A stretch of DNA of 64,000 nt. Origin: a virus. The stretch is taken from IMG/VR virus record IMGVR_UViG_3300036770_007034, positions 1 through 64,000 of that record. The stretch is one strand, 5' to 3'. The notes beneath the pieces were generated by a model, which saw only the letters and a list, made by a program, of their open reading frames with translations, searched no databases and was not told where the DNA came from. The translations under genes were made by a program, and so were the position numbers. Shown in pieces: positions 9,430 through 16,388 of the stretch (position 1 is its first letter; every line of letters begins with the position of its first letter).

Positions 9430-9761
9430 GCGACTTATACACTATCTGGGCAGACAAAGAAGGCGATATCTCTGATATTGATTGGGTAAATGGCATGAAG
9501 AGATTCTTTGATCATTTGATCTCAGAGGACAAGATGATTACCTACAGGATCACACGATGCAAGATGGGATTCCGGAGCATCGCCAACATGCCGGAATGGA
9601 TGATCATCATGGAGTTTGAAGATATGGCACAGATGGAGAGAGCGTTCCAGCGTGTGGCCAAGAAACAAGGAGAACTCGAAGAGAAACATCAGAGCTTCAA
9701 TCAGTTTGTTTCGGGCAACATCCAGCATGCACTATTTCGTGATTGGCCCGATCAGCTTTGA
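9426..9761 (+). CDS. Dimeric alpha-beta barrel-like protein (DUF6614-like)
   Basis: 111 aa, 'YRITRCKMGF...EWMIIMEFEDMAQMERAF' ferredoxin-like pattern; ATGA coupled. Confidence 0.55.
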   Translation: MSDLYTIWADKEGDISDIDWVNGMKRFFDHLISEDKMITYRITRCKMGFRSIANMPEWMIIMEFEDMAQMERAFQRVAKKQGELEEKHQSFNQFVSGNIQHALFRDWPDQL

Positions 9762-9769
9762 GTCTTAGG

Positions 9770-10198
9770 AGAACTTCTACGAAGTTCTATTCATTTCGCT
9801 TCGCTCATGAATGATTGTTTTTACTAAAACGAGCGAAGCGAGTATCCAGTATCATCCAGATGTAATGGTCACACTTAGCCCGTTTCCGGGCTAAGAAGCG
9901 TTTAGCATCATCCGAGTGCTAACAGTCACACAGCGTTATGGCATTACAGAGGCGGTCGTCCGGTACCTCGAGCCACGTCTTATTACGACGGCGGTTAGTA
10001 AATGTACGCTATCACACATACTAACGTGCAGGTTTTCCCTGCTCTTTTTTGCCTTTTGTTATCTGTTCAAACAACCAAACCGCGGCATTTTGCGATCTTC
10101 GTCCTGTAAAGGATAGTGGTTGAGTGCTCGCTGGCGCGGCGAGGCTTCCATCCCTGTGATCCGTGATCCAGGTCTAGGACACCCGATTTTGGCCGGTG
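9770..10198 (-). ncRNA. Candidate large structured non-coding RNA (~430 nt), no recognised family
   Basis: More than 10 helices found by eye, e.g. CTTAGCCCG-GAAA-CGGGCTAAG, GCAGG-GAAAA-CCTGC, GTTAGTA..TACTAAC, TTAGCA..TGCTAA, CAACCA..TGGTTG, TGTAATG..CATTACA, TCGCTTCGCTC/GAGCGAAGCGA, AGAACTTC/GAAGTTCT. It is the longest non-coding gap in the window. Confidence 0.7.
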
Positions 10199-10639
10199 TT
10201 AGCCGTTGCTGCCTAGTTTGCCTTTGATATGTGAGCCATGTACTCGAACCTGTATGTGACCATTGTAGTATTCGTCTGATTCCAGTACCCTGCGGGCGAA
10301 TTGTTCTCGAGCCTCTATGTAACTGCATTCAGCCTTGCTTCGGCAGTAATACAATATCTCGCGTGTGAAATTCTCTATGCCTAATGCTTCTACGTCTCGA
10401 GTGAGTTCCGGGCTTGATCCATAGTAGGTCTGCCAGTCACTTTCAATCTTGCCTCTGATCTTCTTGCGCTTCTTCTTGCCGTTCTTGAGTTTTACTGTCT
10501 TGTACGTGGTCTTGCTAAACTTTGATAATTTTTTGCCAATATATTTCCTGCCAGTTTGTTTATTGGTTATGAGATAAACAAATCCAGCATATTCTTCGGG
10601 TATTTCTGTGATTTCTTGAGATTCGTACAGCCATGTCAT
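10199..10639 (-). CDS. Small GIY-YIG endonuclease (Seg/EndoII-like)
   Basis: 'GFVYLITNKQTGRKYIGKK', 'YYGSS', catalytic E in 'YIEAREQF', 'YYN'. Lysine-rich insertion KTVKLKNGKKKRKKIR. Confidence 0.88.
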   Translation of the reverse strand: MTWLYESQEITEIPEEYAGFVYLITNKQTGRKYIGKKLSKFSKTTYKTVKLKNGKKKRKKIRGKIESDWQTYYGSSPELTRDVEALGIENFTREILYYCRSKAECSYIEAREQFARRVLESDEYYNGHIQVRVHGSHIKGKLGSNG

Positions 10640-10662
10640 TGATCATATAGTTACCTAAAATG

Positions 10663-11541
10663 TCATTTCAGTTCAATATTTCGTTGCCATTGATTGGTAA
10701 AACTAGTTCCTTCGTCCTTTGATGAGCAATTCCGTTGGCACACCGGCTCTGGATTAGACGTCGTCCAGGACTGTTGTATTTCAACAAAATCTACCGGAGC
10801 CTGATGCGCCAAACGATTTCCTAACCAACAACACGGATGCAGTCGGCCATAGGTATCAATATAAGCACTTTTTTCATTTAGAGCATAACAGTTTATCGTC
10901 GTCGATTCCACACGAGGTAGTTGCCAGCCGATAGGATAATCTAATCCTTTCACCGGAGTACGTTTGCTGACTTTGGCCCTGAACCAAGAAAAACCCATCT
11001 TTTGTGCCAATGCTTGGGCTTCGTCAACTTGATGCTGATTGTGTCGATAGATCAGCATGTCCCAATGTGCTTTGCCACCGGCTGCGATAAATGCTTCGGC
11101 ATTGGCCATGACTTTGTCCCAGTTTACATTTACTCGATAGATGGAGTTAGTGTCTTCCAGTCCATCAATGCTGAAAACCACATAATCTTGTTCGCGATTT
11201 ATTATACTACCTAATTCGTGCCACCAAAAAGTACTTTGTAATCCTCCATTGGAGTTCATGCCCAGTATGATATCAGGATTGATTTCACGGAATGCACGAT
11301 AGATATCCAAGGTATAATAACCTGCAGCCGGATCACCATAGTTGCCGCACATATACATCTTGTCAAGAGATCTGATTTGATCTTCATCGAACACATGCAG
11401 GATCTGATCCATAGTGAGATGATGGCGATACTTGGGATCAAATTCAGGATTGATCTCTCGGGGACACAACGGACAGGCAGCCTGGCACACATCGGTGCTC
11501 TCTAGATGCAGGACTTGGATTTCACGCGACATCGACATCAT
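10663..11541 (-). CDS. Radical SAM enzyme with C-terminal twitch/SPASM cysteines
   Basis: CQAACPLC (CxxxCxxC), 'GNYGDP', 'FSIDG', C-terminal 'CYAL..YIDTYGRLHPCCW...CQRNC'. Start probably 11541 or 11532. Confidence 0.88.
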   Translation of the reverse strand: MMSMSREIQVLHLESTDVCQAACPLCPREINPEFDPKYRHHLTMDQILHVFDEDQIRSLDKMYMCGNYGDPAAGYYTLDIYRAFREINPDIILGMNSNGGLQSTFWWHELGSIINREQDYVVFSIDGLEDTNSIYRVNVNWDKVMANAEAFIAAGGKAHWDMLIYRHNQHQVDEAQALAQKMGFSWFRAKVSKRTPVKGLDYPIGWQLPRVESTTINCYALNEKSAYIDTYGRLHPCCWLGNRLAHQAPVDFVEIQQSWTTSNPEPVCQRNCSSKDEGTSFTNQWQRNIELK

Positions 11542-13285
11542 TGTTGTATGAAGTGAATCCGCCTTCCTTGACCACACGCAAGATGTTTTCCACTCGCCCG
11601 GCCAGTTCATCTCTGTGGCTGACAAGCCAGATCGATTTGTTGCGTTCCCGGCTCATCTTCTTCAGTAGGGCCAGCGAGTTTTCGACACCTTGTGTGTCCA
11701 TGCCCGAGTCGACCAGTTCATCAATGAATAGCACATTGATAGGATGATACAGGCTTTCCCACACATCACGGAAGGCCCAACTCATGCTCAGGATCAATCT
11801 GTTGCGTTCACCGCGACTGAGATTATCAAAATCAAGATCTCTTCCTAGTTCGGTGATCTCTACCGTGAGATCATTCTGGAATATGACCTGATGTGGCAGG
11901 CCAATGCGATCCAGATAATGTGTGAGTCGGTTGTTGAGATAGGAAAGATTCTGCTCGATGATCTTTTTCCTGATGAACGAATCTTTGTTGGTTAGCAGTT
12001 TGAGCAGGAAGTCTTGATGCTCAAATACTCTGGTGAGTTCGTTTACAGTATCATACGTGACTTCCTGCAAGGCCTGTCCACGCATGTCATCGATCTGTTC
12101 GGTGTAGGGATCGGTCTCTGCGGATCTGTTGGCTAAGTCTTTCCTCAATCCATCCAAGCTGTTCTTGTGATTGAGTGCTTGTTCGAGATCATCATAGAAT
12201 ACTGTAGGGGCTGTGCCCAGTTCACCAAGATCGTCGATCTCATTGAGGTGTTCGTGCCGTTGTGTATCATTGCTCAACAGTTGCAAGGAGATCTCTTGCA
12301 GATTCTTTTGCTTCTCTGCTAGGATCTCGTCCTGCTTTGAGTCATGTAATTCTTGCCCGCAGGCATGACAACGATGCTCTTTCAGCGCATCGATATCCTT
12401 CTTGAGTTTGGCACTGTCTTTTTCTAGTTTCGAATTGTCTTGATCGATCTGTCGGATCCATTTCTGATGCTCGTCGATCTGTTTTTTCTTGAGATGATAG
12501 GCTTCGAGATCTCTGTGTGCTTGTACTTCGGCCTCGATGTCGATGTGTTCTAGGGCAGATATAGCAGTTTCAAAGCCTTTGACATCCTCGGCTTGTTTGT
12601 TGAGCCAGAGAGTGCGACGCTTTTCCAAGCTGGCGATCTGTTCTTCGATCCGCTTGTTAGCCTCCTGGACCGCTCGGATGCGCATTTCTTCTTGGCTGAT
12701 AGCATCCTTGGTAGCACGGTTTAGTTCTTTGATTTTCTCAGCACGTTCAGAAAGCAAGGTGATACCCAGCAGTTGCTCGATGATGGCACGCTGGTCGTTG
12801 GCCTTGAGACTCAGGAACGGTTCGGTGTAGGTGTTGAGCGCCAGGATGTGTTTGAACATATCGTGGGTCATGCCCAGGATCGACTCTATGGCTTCTTGTG
12901 TTTCTCGGCTGTCGCCTTGTGCATCATCTGTGGCTTGTTGTTCTTCATTATTGACATAAAACTTGAGAACATTGGGTTTGCGACCACGTTCCACGCGGTA
13001 GTCTTGCCCATTCACTGAAAAGTCAAGACTCACCAACATGGCTTTGCCATTGGTCTTGTTGATGAGATTATCTCTACGGATGTTAGTGAGTGCTTGACCG
13101 TACAGGGCATAACTGAGCGCATTGATGATGGTGGTCTTGCCTGTACCGTTCCTGCTACCATCTCCGCCAAGATCCAAGTTCTCACCCAGGACCAAGGTAA
13201 GATCTCGTCGATCAAAATTTACACCTTGCGTAGCATTGCCCACGCTCATGAAGTTTTTGACTGTGAGATCTTTTATTTGGATCAT
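11522..13285 (-). CDS. gp46: Recombination ATPase gp46 (SbcC/Rad50)
   Basis: Walker A 'NGTGKTT', zinc hook 'CHAC', signature 'LSRGE', Walker B 'LFIDE', H-loop 'VSH'. Confidence 0.96.
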   Translation of the reverse strand: MIQIKDLTVKNFMSVGNATQGVNFDRRDLTLVLGENLDLGGDGSRNGTGKTTIINALSYALYGQALTNIRRDNLINKTNGKAMLVSLDFSVNGQDYRVERGRKPNVLKFYVNNEEQQATDDAQGDSRETQEAIESILGMTHDMFKHILALNTYTEPFLSLKANDQRAIIEQLLGITLLSERAEKIKELNRATKDAISQEEMRIRAVQEANKRIEEQIASLEKRRTLWLNKQAEDVKGFETAISALEHIDIEAEVQAHRDLEAYHLKKKQIDEHQKWIRQIDQDNSKLEKDSAKLKKDIDALKEHRCHACGQELHDSKQDEILAEKQKNLQEISLQLLSNDTQRHEHLNEIDDLGELGTAPTVFYDDLEQALNHKNSLDGLRKDLANRSAETDPYTEQIDDMRGQALQEVTYDTVNELTRVFEHQDFLLKLLTNKDSFIRKKIIEQNLSYLNNRLTHYLDRIGLPHQVIFQNDLTVEITELGRDLDFDNLSRGERNRLILSMSWAFRDVWESLYHPINVLFIDELVDSGMDTQGVENSLALLKKMSRERNKSIWLVSHRDELAGRVENILRVVKEGGFTSYNNDVDVA

Positions 13286-13821
13286 GATAATTTTTCTTGA
13301 AGTTCGGCTACCTCTTTACTGCGGAGGACCATCAGATTTTGAAAGTTGTGTTCTAGCTTGTGCTCATTATCTTTTAAGTATTGCACGATTTCCTGTAATG
13401 GTCTATCGCAAAATTTTCTAATTTGGGCAGACACTGATAGAAATCTATCTCGCGCATTGGATATGTCGTCGTAGCTTTCATCGACAAAATCGTCAAAGGT
13501 CATAAACCCTTTTTCTTTGAGCAGTCTCAGAGTTCCTGCGGAACCTACGATGATAAACATTCGTTTACAAGCAATTGGGCGCAGAGTTTTTTCAGAAATA
13601 TAAGGATACGGATAATCAAACGTGGTTTCCACCACTATATCACATGCTATTTTTTGATAAACAGTGGATTGAAATCTATTCGTCAAATCATTAGGTGGTG
13701 TATCTACTAGATGATGCCTAACAGTACGACTCAATGGAGTGGCATCTATCATATCATCCGATATGAATCTATCATTGATTCGAGAAAATGGGTCAACCGT
13801 TAGACAATTAAAAATTGGCAT
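13282..13821 (-). CDS. C-terminal half of a 'TEK' glycosyltransferase-like family protein
   Basis: 'DIVVETTFDYPYPYISEKTLRPI...F.IVG...L..L...GF.TFDDFVDESYD' is shared with four paralogs in the right arm. AT-rich. Confidence 0.7.
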   Translation of the reverse strand: MPIFNCLTVDPFSRINDRFISDDMIDATPLSRTVRHHLVDTPPNDLTNRFQSTVYQKIACDIVVETTFDYPYPYISEKTLRPIACKRMFIIVGSAGTLRLLKEKGFMTFDDFVDESYDDISNARDRFLSVSAQIRKFCDRPLQEIVQYLKDNEHKLEHNFQNLMVLRSKEVAELQEKLS

Positions 13822-14368
13822 TATCAAATAAAGTAGCTGACAAAACTAATCTTGTAGGATCTATTGATTTTATAGCATTGAAGACAGCATGTCGATGTGT
13901 TCGTTTCATATGCATCATGCATAGTCCTTGAAATTGTATCTGTTCGAACTCTGTAGGTATGTTGATTATCAGTTCTGGGTCATGATGTAGAATGCTCAAA
14001 AATGATTCTATCACGATCGGTCGATCCTCAGGATGAAATCCTGCAGAACAGAGTAGATCAATTTCTTGAGAAATGCCAAAATGATTGGTATAGATGATAA
14101 AAGTACTAGGAGAGATTCCTAGTTCTTCTATCACGCCAAAAAAATTCCTAAGATTTATACCGACTTTGCACTCTCTGATATAATAATCGGTATCAAAATG
14201 TTCCACCAATATTTTTTCATCTGGAGAATAATATTCTCTGAAGCATGCCGATAACCTCGACCGTAGCACATCAAAATCATGATCAAACTCCAGAAAAGAT
14301 AAATGATCAAGTAGTTTGAATTTTTGATTCAATATTTTCATTGCCACGTCGGGGATTTCTTTTTTCAT
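13808..14368 (-). CDS. Hypothetical protein, probable N-terminal half of the same family
   Basis: 186 aa; ends in 'GLCMMHMKRTHRHAVF', similar to the mid-protein 'FL..N...R.HR' motif of full-length paralogs. ATGA coupled to gp47. Confidence 0.6.
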   Translation of the reverse strand: MKKEIPDVAMKILNQKFKLLDHLSFLEFDHDFDVLRSRLSACFREYYSPDEKILVEHFDTDYYIRECKVGINLRNFFGVIEELGISPSTFIIYTNHFGISQEIDLLCSAGFHPEDRPIVIESFLSILHHDPELIINIPTEFEQIQFQGLCMMHMKRTHRHAVFNAIKSIDPTRLVLSATLFDNANF

Positions 14369-15381
14369 AGCGTCCTGTAAATTTCCAACAACAATTTAGG
14401 ATCGTAGAATTCACTTTCGATCTTGGTGATCTGATCGATCACGATCTGATCCACTGATTCAAATTTCACATCTCCGGGTGCCATGTCTTCTTCTAATGCC
14501 GATCGCTTGTTGGGTATAAGAGCCATCTCACGTAATCCATGCTTCTGTATGAATGTCTCTTTGATATAGTTGGCTTCTTCATAGCTGATTTCGATGTCTA
14601 ATTGTACACGAACATGCATGTTGGGCCGGAGGATCTTATCGGCATTGTCTATGACATGGCTTAGATCCCAGACATTGTAGAGAGGCTGATCAGGCCAGGC
14701 ATGATATTCAGGTTCGGCCCCCCATTCCAGGATCATAGCACCACGATTGACATCCCCGGCGTCGGCGAAGTTGTGCGGGAAGGCATTGCCAATGTAGTTG
14801 ATATTGTTTTTGTGCTGGCGCAGATGGAAGTGTCCACTAAAGACCTTGTCATATCTACCAAAGTGTTCTACTTGTATCTCACCGTGGTCGGGCATCTCTA
14901 CCATGGCGTTCATCTTGAAGTGCGGTAGCTCAAAGTGTCCAAACATGTACTTACTGGACATCTTCTGTATGCGTTTGTGATCATCACCTACTAGCCACGG
15001 TGCTATGATCACATCACCTTCTTGGAACCAGTCATTACAGATATGGATGTTAGGTATATGCTTTGCCCAGGCAGCACCGTGGATATCACGCTTGTCTCTG
15101 TAGTAGAGATCGTGATTGCCGGGAATGAAGAAAAACTGCGAGAAGTTTGAACTCAGCTTTTCTAGAGCCTGCAAACTGAAGTTCAAGGTCTGTAGATTGA
15201 TCGATGCGCGATGATGGTGCCAATCGCCTAAGAACATGCCGGTCTCGCAACCGTGCTGTTTGCCGGTCTCAATGATCCAATCTACAAATTTCTCGCAGTC
15301 CTGATTGTGCAACAGGCTATTCGATTTCAGTCCAAAGTGGATATCAGTGAAAACGATAGCCTTCTTGAATAAGTTGGCCAT
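14365..15381 (-). CDS. gp47: Recombination nuclease gp47 (SbcD/Mre11)
   Basis: Metallophosphoesterase motifs DIHFG, GDWHH, GNHD, GHFH. Confidence 0.96.
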   Translation of the reverse strand: MANLFKKAIVFTDIHFGLKSNSLLHNQDCEKFVDWIIETGKQHGCETGMFLGDWHHHRASINLQTLNFSLQALEKLSSNFSQFFFIPGNHDLYYRDKRDIHGAAWAKHIPNIHICNDWFQEGDVIIAPWLVGDDHKRIQKMSSKYMFGHFELPHFKMNAMVEMPDHGEIQVEHFGRYDKVFSGHFHLRQHKNNINYIGNAFPHNFADAGDVNRGAMILEWGAEPEYHAWPDQPLYNVWDLSHVIDNADKILRPNMHVRVQLDIEISYEEANYIKETFIQKHGLREMALIPNKRSALEEDMAPGDVKFESVDQIVIDQITKIESEFYDPKLLLEIYRTL

Positions 15382-15393
15382 TGATTGATTGTA

Positions 15394-16275
15394 CTAGTCT
15401 TCAGGGGTAATGTCAACTGGTTTGGCTTTGTCCGAATTTGAGAACTGACGTGTCCAGCTAGGATTCAATCCGTTCATCTCTAAGATGTCATCTCGGATGT
15501 TCTGCATCTTTTTCTCGATGTTCAACACACGAGTGAAACTGTTAGTGATGGCTGCTGTATAATAAGCAAACGGGTTTTGACTCTTTGATTCGTCGAACTG
15601 CAAACCGATCTGGCTGAGCTGTAGCAAGGCTTGACCTCGCATTTCTTCGTTGTAAGTGTATCCACGCCAGTTTGACCTTGTGGCATATCTTTCGCACAGT
15701 TTGATGAACATGTGAGCCAATTTATTGGTCATTTTGCCATGATCTCTGTTGAACTCTCCTGTGTCTAGATCACCCTTCCAGTGGCTTTTACCCACCACAA
15801 AAGGCTTCTTTTCTTCGTCCAAACGATAATGCCAAAACGGAGGAAAGTTCAATCTCACATGGTTCATGTCTAGCACAGGCACATCTACTAGTTCTTCTAA
15901 ACCATCTGGTTCAGTGTCTTCGATGTCTAGCAGATCTTCTAATCGTTGCTTTTTGGCCTGTGCTTTGGTGGGTTTCTTGGGTGCTTTGGGTATGTGATCC
16001 CAGCAAGTGATCCGGAATACCAGATCGGTGTGCGGAATTTTCTTTTCGTTTACTTCTTCGCCGGTCTCGCGTTTCAAGCGATCTGCACGATTGCGTCGTG
16101 CTTCGGCGATGGTACGCTGATTGATCTTTTCCACTGACGGCAGGATGATGTCATATTGATGATCGATTTTGGGATCTCGATATGAGCAGTAGGTGTTCTT
16201 GCTTAGATGTATTTCTTTGAGGATATCTCTGTTGTTGAGATAGTTTACTTTCTTTGTTGGAGCGATTACGGACAC
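15394..16275 (-). CDS. gp55: Late-transcription sigma factor, gp55-like
   Basis: 'NYLNN..IL.EI', 'NWRGYTYNEEM', 'FDESKSQNPFAYYT'; upstream of gp47/gp46 as in T4. GTG start with AAGGAG SD. Confidence 0.9.
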   Translation of the reverse strand: MSVIAPTKKVNYLNNRDILKEIHLSKNTYCSYRDPKIDHQYDIILPSVEKINQRTIAEARRNRADRLKRETGEEVNEKKIPHTDLVFRITCWDHIPKAPKKPTKAQAKKQRLEDLLDIEDTEPDGLEELVDVPVLDMNHVRLNFPPFWHYRLDEEKKPFVVGKSHWKGDLDTGEFNRDHGKMTNKLAHMFIKLCERYATRSNWRGYTYNEEMRGQALLQLSQIGLQFDESKSQNPFAYYTAAITNSFTRVLNIEKKMQNIRDDILEMNGLNPSWTRQFSNSDKAKPVDITPED

Positions 16276-16300
16276 AGATGGTTCTCCTTATGTTGTAGTT

Positions 16301-16328
16301 ATTATACTACATTTGGTGCCTTTGTCAA
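16301..16328 (-). promoter_or_regulatory. Consensus sigma70-type promoter TTGACA-N16-TATAAT for the gp55 operon
   Basis: The minus strand reads TTGACA aaggcaccaaatgtag TATAAT. Confidence 0.8.
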
Positions 16329-16364
16329 ATCATTGACATCATTATGTTAGCCGTTTTAGTTGCC

Positions 16365-16372
16365 CATAAATA
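16365..16372 (+). promoter_or_regulatory. Late promoter CATAAATA heading the baseplate operon
   Basis: Followed by AAGGA SD and ATG 16389. Confidence 0.7.
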
Positions 16373-16388
16373 CCACAAGGAACACAAT

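Noticed and set aside
9770-10198. tmRNA, RNase P RNA or tRNA as the identity of the structured region
   Set aside because: No T-loop GTTCRA with CCA end and no GAGGAAAGTCC/P4 pairing seen. An Infernal search is still needed to exclude divergent members.
9916-10328. ORFs 9916-10116 (+) and 10059-10328 (-)
   Set aside because: No SD or recognisable motifs; one overlaps the GIY-YIG gene out of frame; the region is better explained by RNA structure.
9762-10639. Group I intron carrying a GIY-YIG homing endonuclease
   Set aside because: No interrupted host gene: the upstream radical SAM is complete and the downstream gene is convergent. No recognisable P7 or J8/7 consensus was found by eye.
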